Positions 34,257-42,441 of a DNA stretch of 64,000 nt are shown one piece after another. Where the stretch lies: IMG/VR virus record IMGVR_UViG_3300045988_138376. One strand, given 5' to 3'. Positions within the stretch are counted from its first letter, which is position 1. Every line of letters begins with the position of its first letter. Made by a program: the position numbers and the translations under genes. The notes beneath the pieces were generated by a model that searched no databases, was not told where the DNA came from, and saw only the letters and a list, made by a program, of their open reading frames with translations. The stretch is from a virus.

Positions 34257-34973
34257 ATGGGAGTTTTCAGAATAATAAATAGTGGTTCTTCTGGGAATAG
34301 TTATATTTTAGATTGTTTAGGCGAATATTTGCTAATAGAATTAGGCGTCAAATGGGACAATATATTAAATGGAGTAAATTATAAGACGGAAGATGTAGTT
34401 GGATGCTTAGTCAGCCATCGGCATTCAGATCATTCGAAATCAATATCGAAAGCTTTATATCGGCAACTTCCCGTATATTCTTGTGCGGACGTATCAGAAA
34501 GATTTAATGGAGTATTCCCGTTAAAATCTAAAAAGAAGTATAAAATAGGGAATTTCGAGGTTCAATGTATACCAGTCCCACACGGTGATTGTTCATGTTA
34601 TAGCTTTATTATCGACAATCCAGATATGGGGAGAATGCTATTTATAACTGATGCGTCAGATTTCCCCTATAAAGTAAAAGGCGTGAATCATTTGTTTATT
34701 GAAGCCAATTATATGGAGGACATTATCTTGGATAATGCCTGTAACAACAAATGGAACTCGTCAGCGAGTAATACCCACATGGTGATAGAAAAGAGCGCAG
34801 AAGTGATTAAAAGACATTATTCTGAAAACTTGCATACCGTTTGCTTGATTCATTTAAGCGATGGAAATAGTGATGCCAATAAATTCAAGAACATTGTTTT
34901 CGAAGAAGTCGGAATTAGACCTTTTATAGCAGAAAGCGGATTGGAGATAGAACTTAAAAAAGAAGAATTTTAA
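34257..34973 (+). CDS. metallo-beta-lactamase-fold hydrolase (candidate nuclease)
   Basis: The HxHxDH motif is present in LVSHRHSDHSKS. AAGGAGG lies 6 nt upstream of the ATG. Confidence 0.75.
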   Translation: MGVFRIINSGSSGNSYILDCLGEYLLIELGVKWDNILNGVNYKTEDVVGCLVSHRHSDHSKSISKALYRQLPVYSCADVSERFNGVFPLKSKKKYKIGNFEVQCIPVPHGDCSCYSFIIDNPDMGRMLFITDASDFPYKVKGVNHLFIEANYMEDIILDNACNNKWNSSASNTHMVIEKSAEVIKRHYSENLHTVCLIHLSDGNSDANKFKNIVFEEVGIRPFIAESGLEIELKKEEF

Positions 34974-34983
34974 AAGAAATTAA

Positions 34984-35190
34984 ATGTATAAAATTAGAGA
35001 TTATATCAAAAGCCTTTGGGAGTGGACGCAAGAAAACGAAAATAAGAATCCCATCTTTTATTATTTCCCATTAACATCAAGAGATTTAGCAAAGCATAAA
35101 GATGTTATAGAATGGGGATTTAATAATAACGTTTGCGCGATTAAACTTCTTTGGAAAATTGTAGAACTTAAAAAGCAAGAAAATGAGTAA
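34984..35190 (+). CDS. hypothetical small protein
   Basis: 68-aa ORF. Confidence 0.5.
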   Translation: MYKIRDYIKSLWEWTQENENKNPIFYYFPLTSRDLAKHKDVIEWGFNNNVCAIKLLWKIVELKKQENE

Positions 35191-35668
35191 AATATACTGC
35201 GGATGTGATAATGGAGTGACTGGAACTATCGGTATCTTAGGTGAAGAAATAGAAATGTTTTGTAAAACACCTATTAAAAAAGAACAAGATTACACGAAGA
35301 AAAAGAAAATTGTTTCAAGATTAGATGTTGTAAAATTTATTTCTATATTTAATGGGATTAATAAAAATGACTTAGTGTTCATTTTAGAACGTCCGATGAT
35401 AAATGGAACTCGCTTTAACGCCTCAATGTCAGCCATTAGATGCCATGAAGCAATGCTGAATTGTATTGAAGTGATGGGATGCAAATTGATCTATGCGGAC
35501 TCTAAAGAATGGCAAAAAGAATTACTGCCAAAAGGATGCGCAGGAGATGAATTGAAAAAAGCTTCTCTTGATATAGGCAATAGATTATATCCTAAGTTCT
35601 GCGAGATAAAGCATCCTGATCGCGATGGATTACTAATAGCTGAATATGCACGAAGAAAAAATTTATAG
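35183..35668 (+). CDS. RuvC-like Holliday-junction resolvase
   Basis: 161 aa. The N-terminal GCDNGVTGTIG carries the catalytic Asp, and HPDRDGLLIAEYA is C-terminal. This is the typical RNase H-fold resolvase layout. Confidence 0.6.
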   Translation: MSKIYCGCDNGVTGTIGILGEEIEMFCKTPIKKEQDYTKKKKIVSRLDVVKFISIFNGINKNDLVFILERPMINGTRFNASMSAIRCHEAMLNCIEVMGCKLIYADSKEWQKELLPKGCAGDELKKASLDIGNRLYPKFCEIKHPDRDGLLIAEYARRKNL

Positions 35669-35671
35669 AAT

Positions 35672-35887
35672 ATGGATACAATATTATTGGTTTATATTAT
35701 AGGAGTAATAATATCACTAAAAGCTTCTTGGGATATAATGAATTTTTCCAATGTTGAGTCCATTACTATTGGGGATATTCTATTATTTCTTTTCATGAGT
35801 TCTCTCTCTTGGCTTACTGTTACAATAGCCATATTTATTTGTTGGAGGGAAATACTCAATTACGAAATATGGAAAAGAAAGAGATAG
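35672..35887 (+). CDS. small two-TM membrane protein
   Basis: 71 aa with two hydrophobic helices. Confidence 0.55.
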   Translation: MDTILLVYIIGVIISLKASWDIMNFSNVESITIGDILLFLFMSSLSWLTVTIAIFICWREILNYEIWKRKR

Positions 35888-35935
35888 TTTATGGTTTGTT
35901 AACGAAAAACATTTCGTTATCTATTTATTAACTGC

Positions 35936-35943
35936 TAACTTTG
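35936..35943 (+). promoter_or_regulatory. -7 promoter box TAACTTTG
   Basis: Perfect TAnnTTTG, 22 nt upstream of the ATG at 35966. Confidence 0.5.
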
Positions 35944-35965
35944 CAGAAACAAAAAACAAATTATC

Positions 35966-36136
35966 ATGCTAATAGAAACAAAAGACTGGGTTGGCGTAAC
36001 CGAATACGCAAAAAGAAACAACCTATCAACCGTATGGGTGTATAAATTGATTAAAAGAGGAGATTTAAAAACGATGGAATTTGCGGATAAAACGCTAATT
36101 TTCATTGGAGATAAAAAACAAAGTGTTAATTTATAA
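35966..36136 (+). CDS. small helix-turn-helix protein, family member 4 of 4 (56 aa, below the ORF-track cutoff)
   Basis: My hand translation gives MLIETKDWVGVTEYAKRNNLSTVWVYKLIKRGDLKTMEFADKTLIFI.... This replaces the antisense track ORF 35935..36195. Confidence 0.55.
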   Translation: MLIETKDWVGVTEYAKRNNLSTVWVYKLIKRGDLKTMEFADKTLIFIGDKKQSVNL

Positions 36137-36148
36137 AATAAAATCATC

Positions 36149-36352
36149 ATGTGGTTAAGAATTGGAGATAAGGATTTTCCTAAAAGTAGTATCAAGGAAA
36201 TATACAGAATGGGTAAAACTATTCAGAGTGGAAAATGGTGCATCGGATACAGAGTTTACAATCAGTGGCGTTATGTTCACTATGACACCGAAGAGGATTA
36301 TAATAAAGTGATTGAGAATTTAACTAAAATATTGGAAATCGCGGAGGTGTAA
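36149..36352 (+). CDS. hypothetical small protein
   Basis: 67-aa ORF. Confidence 0.5.
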   Translation: MWLRIGDKDFPKSSIKEIYRMGKTIQSGKWCIGYRVYNQWRYVHYDTEEDYNKVIENLTKILEIAEV

Positions 36353-36433
36353 AACAGAATACCATGACTGATAAACTACAAACTCTTATTGAAAAATACA
36401 ATAATAATTACTATTTTATTTAAAAGATTTAAG

Positions 36434-36441
36434 TATCTTTG
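36434..36441 (+). promoter_or_regulatory. -7 promoter box TATCTTTG
   Basis: Perfect TAnnTTTG, abutting the leader closing helix. Confidence 0.55.
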
Positions 36442-36535
36442 TAAAGGGATAGGCAGGAGTTATAAACCTGCTGATAAGAGTAAACTCACGCTCTTCCCTT
36501 TATTCTCAAACGTGAGTAATATTAAATAAGTGAGT
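36442..36535 (+). ncRNA. structured 5' leader RNA, family copy 2 (upstream of AP2-domain gene)
   Basis: The closing helix is AAAGGGA/TCCCTTT (36443-36501) and the hairpin is GGCAGG/CCTGCT. GATAAG and CTTCCC are conserved. The internal ACTCAC (36484-36489) is complementary to GTGAGT at 36512-36517 and at 36530-36535, the latter abutting the ATG. Confidence 0.55.
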
Positions 36536-37972
36536 ATGAGTAAAAGAAAAACAACTGAACAATTTATTGAAGAGGCAAGAGCTATTCATGGTGATAAGTA
36601 TGATTATTCTAAAGTAGAATATGTAAATAGCAGGACTAAAGTGTGTATTATTTGCCCTATTCATGGAGAATTCTTTCAAGAGGCTAATGGCCATATTCAA
36701 GGTAAAAAATGTTATTTATGCGAACAGTTAAGAAAAAGAACTAAATTATGTGGTATAGGTGTAAATGATTTAGATCATCCATTGAGCAAAAAAGAAATGA
36801 AATCATATTACGTATGGGCATCAATGATTAGAAGATGTTATGATGAAAAAGAATTAAAAAAAAGACCGTCTTATACAGGTTGCTCCGTTTGTGATGAATG
36901 GAAATACTTTTCCAACTTTAAGAGATGGTTTGATGAAAATTATGTCGATGGTTATCAATTAGATAAAGATATTATTGTAAGTAAAAATAAGCTGTATAGT
37001 CCAAATACTTGCTGTTTTGTTCCGTTGGAAATAAATAATGTGATCAAGAGGGTTGGTTTTAGACGAGACAAATACATTGGAACAACTAAAAATTATAATA
37101 AATATGGAGCATCTATATCTAAATATGGGAAGAACATAAGTTTAGGATATTACGACAATATAGAAGATGCTTATTTGGTTTATAAAAAAGCAAAGGAAGA
37201 TTATTTGAAAGAATTAGCAAATAAGTATAAAGATAAAATTAATGCTATTACATATGATTCTTTAATTAATTATAGAGTTGATGATTTATATAATTTGGAT
37301 CAAGGCTGCGAAAGAGCGCATCCAGAGGAATTTAAAGAGCCAGAAAGGATTCCTATGACAAATGACCAAATATTGCTTATCGCTACATATATTGTTATTT
37401 ATGTCAACGAATTAGCCAATGTATGCGTCATGGACATTAAGCCATCTATTACCAATAAGGACAAGGAGACTCAAAAGATTTATTTTGCAGCGCTTAAACG
37501 AGTTAAGGAGTATCAAAGTCGGATGGCTAAGATCGCAGGTGATAATGCAATAGGTATCTATGCTTCTTACTGTGACGCTCTCGACCAAGAAGTATTACCT
37601 GTTATCGAGAAGTATCGAATGTCCATTGAGAAATATCTTTGTGAGATAGAAGGGGTTGAAAATCCCTATTTCCTATCAATGGTTGAATTAGCGCGAAGCA
37701 TAACAAGTTATTCGGTTATTGCAATCTCAAAAAGAATAGCTGAATGTTTGAAGTTTGATGAAAATGCAGTAGCTTTGCGAGGATATAAACAGTCCGAACT
37801 ATTGAAGATCTTGGAAGAATTATGCAAATGGTGCTTTAGAAAAGCTTCTGATATAAATTACAATGAAAGTGAAGAATGCGTAAATGCCTATAGGGAATTT
37901 GACGCGATACTCACAAATCCGGATATTATTTCAACATGTATTATTAACGCTAACGAATTAGAAAACAAATGA
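36536..37972 (+). CDS. AP2-domain DNA-binding protein (homing-endonuclease-associated architecture) with uncharacterised helical C-terminal half
   Basis: The start is set at the ATG at 36536; the track uses a GTG at 36530. There is an N-terminal Cys/His module (CIICPIHGEF...KKCYLC). The AP2-like segment is YIGTTKNYNKYGASISKYGKNISLGYYDNIEDAYLVYKKA. Confidence 0.6.
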   Translation: MSKRKTTEQFIEEARAIHGDKYDYSKVEYVNSRTKVCIICPIHGEFFQEANGHIQGKKCYLCEQLRKRTKLCGIGVNDLDHPLSKKEMKSYYVWASMIRRCYDEKELKKRPSYTGCSVCDEWKYFSNFKRWFDENYVDGYQLDKDIIVSKNKLYSPNTCCFVPLEINNVIKRVGFRRDKYIGTTKNYNKYGASISKYGKNISLGYYDNIEDAYLVYKKAKEDYLKELANKYKDKINAITYDSLINYRVDDLYNLDQGCERAHPEEFKEPERIPMTNDQILLIATYIVIYVNELANVCVMDIKPSITNKDKETQKIYFAALKRVKEYQSRMAKIAGDNAIGIYASYCDALDQEVLPVIEKYRMSIEKYLCEIEGVENPYFLSMVELARSITSYSVIAISKRIAECLKFDENAVALRGYKQSELLKILEELCKWCFRKASDINYNESEECVNAYREFDAILTNPDIISTCIINANELENK

Positions 37973-38550
37973 AAGTAAAAATTAAGAAAATACATAAAGA
38001 CGAATTGTGGGAATTTTATCCATTAGACAATAGATACCTTATATCAAATTACGGTAGAGTTTGGAGTACTATAAATAACAGGGAGCTTAAAAACAGTATA
38101 AATGGAGCAGGATATTTATGTTGTTTAGGAGAAAGTGTACATAGATTAGTGGCAGAAACATTTATCCCTAATGTGCATAATTATACAGAAGTAGACCATA
38201 TTGATACAAATAGAAAAAATAATTTTGTTGGTAATCTAAAGTGGTGTAATCATCCCGAAAATTGCAAGAACCCCATAAGTATAAATAAAAGAAAATTAAA
38301 AGATGGTTTCCGAGTAAACTTAGGTGTAAGTTTTTCAGATGAGCATAAAAAGAAAATATCAGAAGCGCAAATCGGGAACAGAGGTATTCCAGTAATACAA
38401 ATGTCATTAGATGGGGATTTTATTAAAGAGTATGTAAGCCTTAATCAAGCTGCGAAACAGAATAATATATCCAGGAGGAATATATCAAGATGTTGCAATG
38501 GAATTTACAGTCAGGCAAATGGTTATAAATGGATATATAAAAATAAATGA
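37969..38550 (+). CDS. HNH homing endonuclease (NUMOD4-like N-terminus, HNH_3 core, C-terminal HTH)
   Basis: The motifs are YLISNYGRVWS, VHRLVAETF...VDHIDTNRKNNFVGNLKWCNHPEN, and a C-terminal LNQAAKQNNISRRNISRCCNG. Confidence 0.8.
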   Translation: MKVKIKKIHKDELWEFYPLDNRYLISNYGRVWSTINNRELKNSINGAGYLCCLGESVHRLVAETFIPNVHNYTEVDHIDTNRKNNFVGNLKWCNHPENCKNPISINKRKLKDGFRVNLGVSFSDEHKKKISEAQIGNRGIPVIQMSLDGDFIKEYVSLNQAAKQNNISRRNISRCCNGIYSQANGYKWIYKNK

Positions 38551-38945
38551 TAATTTTTAGAACTATGGAATTAAAAGAGTATCAAAATCAAGCAATGACT
38601 ACTTGTATGCCAAGTAGTGAAAATTTTAGTTATATGTTCCTTAACCTTATTGGCGAAGTAGGAGAATTTGCGAGTAAGGTGTCAAAGCAAATTCGCAAAA
38701 GCAATATGAACATTGAGGATTCTCAATTAGCATTTACAACTAAAGCAGATATTAATGATTTAGATTGTTTTTATGAGGAATTACAGAAAGAGGCAGGAGA
38801 TATTTTATGGCAGTTGAGTGGTCTATGCACCGTAATGGGTTGGTCTTTAGAAGATATTGCTCAAATTAACTTAGATAAACTTGCTTCTCGTAAGGCTATT
38901 GGAACGATAGACGGTAATGGAGATGGGATAATTAGGGGGAAATAA
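38547..38945 (+). CDS. mazG: MazG-like nucleotide pyrophosphohydrolase
   Basis: The motifs are LKEYQNQA...LIGEVGEFASKV...EAGDILWQL...INLDKLASR. Confidence 0.7.
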   Translation: MIIFRTMELKEYQNQAMTTCMPSSENFSYMFLNLIGEVGEFASKVSKQIRKSNMNIEDSQLAFTTKADINDLDCFYEELQKEAGDILWQLSGLCTVMGWSLEDIAQINLDKLASRKAIGTIDGNGDGIIRGK

Positions 38946-38999
38946 TATAGGAGTAAAACAGTATAGGCATGACACCAAAAATAGACTTTATCGAAGTGG

Positions 39000-39269
39000 A
39001 TGAGTTGGAAGAAAGAGAGAGAAATTGTAATGGATACGGAAGCACGGATGAGAAAATTAACCAATAAAGATATGAATAAGAAAGAAGTAATTAAAATGGC
39101 AAAGAAATACTCAAGTAAACGCCATATCCAAGATGGGTATTTAGCAGGGTTTCAGGCAGCGTGTAATATCATAAGGCAGAAATACCAAACATGCTATAAC
39201 GAAGATTTTTGCGATGCGATGGAAGAGCTCGCACAAGTTTCATATATGGATTTAGATATTGATGATTAA
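39000..39269 (+). CDS. hypothetical protein (start uncertain)
   Basis: 89-aa ORF with several internal Met codons. A competing 32-codon ORF starts at 38969 in another frame. Confidence 0.45.
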   Translation: MSWKKEREIVMDTEARMRKLTNKDMNKKEVIKMAKKYSSKRHIQDGYLAGFQAACNIIRQKYQTCYNEDFCDAMEELAQVSYMDLDIDD

Positions 39270-39286
39270 CGTAAAACAATAAAGAA

Positions 39287-39514
39287 ATGAATATAAAAGA
39301 GGCGGTAAAAGACTATATAGAAGACTTTCCGGAGTGTTTTAGATTTAAAAGATCCGACGTTGCGGATGCCTTTGAAGCAGGTGCAGAATGGCAAGCAAAG
39401 CAAGGAGATCTCGAATCCATGCTTAGGAAACTAAAGGGGAAAGCGTTAAAAGCTTTCCTCGAATGTGAAGGATACGATGAATTTGAACGTGAAATTAATT
39501 CTTTGACAGAATGA
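39287..39514 (+). CDS. hypothetical small protein
   Basis: 75-aa ORF. Confidence 0.5.
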   Translation: MNIKEAVKDYIEDFPECFRFKRSDVADAFEAGAEWQAKQGDLESMLRKLKGKALKAFLECEGYDEFEREINSLTE

Positions 39515-39690
39515 GCAATACAGGATATAAATATATTCATTTTAATAGAAGCAGCAAGAAGTTCCAAGTAAAAATATGGAATGGGGATAGAAACATATAT
39601 TTCAAAGAATGGGAAACTTTAGAAGAAGCTATTAAAGTGAGAGAAGAGAAAATGAAAGAATTAGGATTAACTTTATATTTGGATAAATAA
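39511..39690 (+). CDS. stand-alone AP2-like domain protein (59 aa, below the ORF-track cutoff)
   Basis: My hand translation gives MSNTGYKYIHFNRSSKKFQVKIWNGDRNIYFKEWETLEEAIKVREEKM.... It has an ATGA overlap with the upstream stop. Confidence 0.5.
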   Translation: MSNTGYKYIHFNRSSKKFQVKIWNGDRNIYFKEWETLEEAIKVREEKMKELGLTLYLDK

Positions 39691-39691
39691 A

Positions 39692-39910
39692 ATGAAGATA
39701 GAAATAGATATTCCAGATCCTTTTATTTCGGATGAAAATAGTTATATCTCTATTAGTGGTGATAATTTCGAATATTGTAGATTTGATAAATTTTATCGTG
39801 GATTACAATGCAACCATGAAAAAGATTCTAAGAAATACTGTGTCCTTCAATCAGAATTAGATATTATATCTGATGCAATCATTAATTTAATAACAAATAA
39901 ACTTTTATGA
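39692..39910 (+). CDS. hypothetical small protein
   Basis: 72-aa ORF. Confidence 0.5.
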   Translation: MKIEIDIPDPFISDENSYISISGDNFEYCRFDKFYRGLQCNHEKDSKKYCVLQSELDIISDAIINLITNKLL

Positions 39911-40314
39911 AGTATTTTACAATTAAAGAACTTACAAAGTCCTCAACAGCTGAGGCAAAGGGAATTAATAATACTCCCACACCGGAGATTAAAGCGAACC
40001 TTGAACGATTAGTAGAAAAGGTTTTAGATCCATTGAGAGAAAAATACGGTAAGCCTATCACCGTCAATTCGGGCTATCGGTGTCCAGAATTAAACAAAGC
40101 TGTTGGAGGTTCTAAGACATCGGATCATATGAACGGTTTCGCAGTGGATATAACAGCTTCCATCAAAAAAGAAAATGCGATTCTATTTCAAATAATAAAA
40201 GATAATTTTGACTTTGATCAATTGATTTGGGAAAAAGGGAATAGTGAATATCCGGATTGGGTGCATGTATCTTACAATCCAAATAGACTAAGAAAGCAAG
40301 TGCTAAAAATGTGA
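39907..40314 (+). CDS. peptidase M15 family cell-wall hydrolase (endolysin)
   Basis: The motifs are SGYRCPELNKAVGGSKTSDHMNGFAVDI and DWVHVS, which hold the zinc ligands of the M15 (VanY/D-Ala-D-Ala carboxypeptidase-like) fold. Confidence 0.85.
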   Translation: MKYFTIKELTKSSTAEAKGINNTPTPEIKANLERLVEKVLDPLREKYGKPITVNSGYRCPELNKAVGGSKTSDHMNGFAVDITASIKKENAILFQIIKDNFDFDQLIWEKGNSEYPDWVHVSYNPNRLRKQVLKM

Positions 40315-40343
40315 AAAACCTTTGGTGTTTAGTTTTTAACTAC

Positions 40344-40351
40344 TATATTTG
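40344..40351 (+). promoter_or_regulatory. -7 promoter box TATATTTG
   Basis: Perfect TAnnTTTG, 30 nt after the endolysin stop. Confidence 0.5.
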
Positions 40352-40354
40352 CAG

Positions 40355-40449
40355 CGTCAACCACCACTGACACAAAAAAAGAAGAAATAGTTTTATCTAT
40401 ATATTAATCGGGATTTAGATGCGTGGTGGCTCTATTTCCCGATTTTTTT
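40355..40449 (+). ncRNA. candidate ~95-nt small RNA or attenuator (promoter directly followed by a terminator)
   Basis: CCACCAC (40361-40367) is complementary to GTGGTGG (40423-40429), which lies in the loop of the terminator hairpin AATCGGGA/TCCCGATT. No ORF is present. Confidence 0.4.
40406..40449 (+). terminator. rho-independent terminator
   Basis: An 8-bp stem AATCGGGA/TCCCGATT (40406-40413 with 40437-40444) runs into TTTTTTT. Confidence 0.65.
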
Positions 40450-40461
40450 ATAAAAAGCAAT

Positions 40462-41184
40462 ATGGGAGAATTAGTATTTAAAGGAGAATCGAATCAAGTT
40501 TTAACGAACAGTCTGTTAGTGGCTGAGAAGTTTGGGAAAGAACACAAAAGAGTAATGCAGGATATTAGAGAATTAAAATGTAGTAATAAATTTAAACAGC
40601 ACAATTTCGTGCTTTCCTCTTATAAGAGTGAACAGAATCGAGAATTGCCTATGTATGTGATGAATAAAGACGGATTTACTCTTTTAGTTATGGGGTATAC
40701 TGGTGAAACAGCTATGAAATTTAAGGAGGAATACATTAAGGCTTTCAATGAAATGGAGGAGATTATAAAAAATGGGAACTATTGTGTGCCTAAATCATTC
40801 CGTGAAGCTCTTTTACTTGCAGCCGAACAGCAGGCTCAGATTGAACAACAGCAAATGCGTATTGAAGAGATGAAACCAAAAGAAGAGTTTTTTGATCAAG
40901 TAACAGATAGTAAGGACGCATGTGATATGGCAACAGTAGCTAAAGTACTAAACATGGGAGTTGGTAGAAATAAACTATTTGAGATATTGCGGGATAAGAA
41001 AGTCCTCCAAGAGAGAAACGCACCATACCAGTCTTACATAGATAGAGGATGGTTTAGAGTCATAGAAAGCAAATACACCAAGCCCAATGGAGACATGTGT
41101 GTAAACTACAAAACCATAGTTTATCAAAAAGGCATAGATGGTATCAGAAAGCTATTATCAGAACTAAAGAATGCTGGGGAGTAA
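40462..41184 (+). CDS. Rha-family N-terminal domain plus KilAC-type (variant A) antirepressor
   Basis: The start is set at the ATG at 40462; the track uses a GTG inside the terminator loop. The N-terminus is LVAEKFGKEHKRVMQDIREL. The C-terminus is paralogous to that of 11891..12610. Confidence 0.75.
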   Translation: MGELVFKGESNQVLTNSLLVAEKFGKEHKRVMQDIRELKCSNKFKQHNFVLSSYKSEQNRELPMYVMNKDGFTLLVMGYTGETAMKFKEEYIKAFNEMEEIIKNGNYCVPKSFREALLLAAEQQAQIEQQQMRIEEMKPKEEFFDQVTDSKDACDMATVAKVLNMGVGRNKLFEILRDKKVLQERNAPYQSYIDRGWFRVIESKYTKPNGDMCVNYKTIVYQKGIDGIRKLLSELKNAGE

Positions 41185-41190
41185 TACTCC

Positions 41191-41364
41191 CTATTCTTTT
41201 AATCTTTTTAATTCCTCAATTCTAAACAGAAGTAAGCCTTTTATCTTTTCAAATTCAAACTGTGGCATTTCGCACATTAATTGATTTATAACAAAATCTA
41301 TTTCGTACTTCTTGCGTAAAATCGCAAGCTTTACAGCATCATATTTTATTCTTTTTGTTTTCAT
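41191..41364 (-). CDS. hypothetical small protein (57 aa, below the ORF-track cutoff)
   Basis: My hand translation gives MKTKRIKYDAVKLAILRKKYEIDF.... It starts 6 nt after the upstream minus-strand stop. I prefer it over the TTG-start plus-strand track ORF 41312..41566. Confidence 0.4.
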   Translation of the reverse strand: MKTKRIKYDAVKLAILRKKYEIDFVINQLMCEMPQFEFEKIKGLLLFRIEELKRLKE

Positions 41365-41370
41365 AGGCTA

Positions 41371-41532
41371 TCATCTTTCAGACTTCAAAAGTTGCTCTAT
41401 TTTCTCTTCTGTAAATCCAAATTGCTTAGCAAATTTCATAAAAGACTTCTTTTGCTTTTCGGGAATAAGTGCAAACATAGAGTTGATAGGTTTATCACTC
41501 TGTAATGCTTTCTTGAAATCTTTGTTTTTCAT
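41371..41532 (-). CDS. hypothetical small protein (53 aa, below the ORF-track cutoff)
   Basis: My hand translation gives MKNKDFKKALQSDKPINSMFALIPEKQKKSFMKFAKQFGFTEEKIEQLLKSER. It starts 4 nt after the upstream stop. Confidence 0.4.
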   Translation of the reverse strand: MKNKDFKKALQSDKPINSMFALIPEKQKKSFMKFAKQFGFTEEKIEQLLKSER

Positions 41533-41536
41533 ATTA

Positions 41537-41950
41537 TCATTTCTTTATTCTACAACAATCACATAAATATTTCTTTGCCGAATCCCATGTCTTATCTATG
41601 ATGTAATCACCTAAATATTGTATTTCCTCGCCATGAGGGCTTATATCATAAGTAAGGCATATATGGTCTGCTAAGTGTCCTGATTCATGAGACCAAGTTT
41701 TTTCAAACTCTTTTGCACTGCTCGTTCTACCTATAACAATTACACTTTTATGCGCTAAGTGATTAGAAAATGTGAGTCCGTTATTATATCCACATGTAGT
41801 TAGATTTTTATAAGCTCTTTTAAGAGACTCCTCTCCACATTCGATATATTCTAATTCCTCTATTACATCTTCAAAATATTTGCAAGTATAATCATAAAAG
41901 ATAGTGACAGTCCAATCGTATTTATATAAATATATTGTTTCTATTTCCAT
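41537..41950 (-). CDS. putative zinc metallopeptidase (HExxH)
   Basis: 137 aa. WSHESGHLADH contains HExxH, and a downstream Glu lies in PHGEE. Its size and motif context are reminiscent of ImmA/IrrE-like peptidases, but this is not verified. Confidence 0.45.
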   Translation of the reverse strand: MEIETIYLYKYDWTVTIFYDYTCKYFEDVIEELEYIECGEESLKRAYKNLTTCGYNNGLTFSNHLAHKSVIVIGRTSSAKEFEKTWSHESGHLADHICLTYDISPHGEEIQYLGDYIIDKTWDSAKKYLCDCCRIKK

Positions 41951-41984
41951 AATATTTAAAAAGGCACATTTTAAGTGCCTAAAA

Positions 41985-42395
41985 TTAAAGCATATCTTCC
42001 CAATTAATGGCTATTCCAAAACCATACATGTCTGCTAAAAAGTGCCTAAAAGCTTTTTCTGTAGATGGATAATCAGGGTCATCAATATACGCTTTAATAA
42101 ATTTAGCCAGCTGATCTTCGGAGCTTATTACTGTACCCCAATAATCTGCTTTAGCCATGTGTAGAACATACAACCCATTATAACCATTATCTTTTTCAAG
42201 TTCAATGCCATACAGTTTAAGCAATTCATCATACTTTTCTTTCGGTATTGGTGTGATTTTCCCTTCTTTAGTTTTCATCATAGATACTGCAAAATCACAC
42301 ATTTTTTTAGAAAAGTTGAATCCATAATTTTGTAGATAAATCCGCATATCTTCCGGGATATTATCATATAAATCAAAACTTGCTCCTTTTTTCAT
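41985..42395 (-). CDS. hypothetical protein
   Basis: 136-aa ORF. Confidence 0.6.
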   Translation of the reverse strand: MKKGASFDLYDNIPEDMRIYLQNYGFNFSKKMCDFAVSMMKTKEGKITPIPKEKYDELLKLYGIELEKDNGYNGLYVLHMAKADYWGTVISSEDQLAKFIKAYIDDPDYPSTEKAFRHFLADMYGFGIAINWEDML

Positions 42396-42441
42396 ATCTT
42401 TTAGTATTAAAGGGGGACTATTATATCCCCCTTAGTTTATA

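Noticed and set aside
35935-36195. Minus-strand 86-aa track ORF.
   Set aside because: The plus strand carries a TAACTTTG promoter box and a 56-aa ORF (35966..36136) that belongs to the four-member HTH family. The minus-strand ORF is antisense to it and opposite to all neighbouring genes.
41312-41566. Plus-strand 84-aa hydrophobic track ORF.
   Set aside because: It has a non-ATG start and overlaps the 3' end of the minus-strand gene 41537..41950. Two ATG-initiated minus-strand ORFs with 4-6 nt spacing fit the local operon better. This call remains uncertain.
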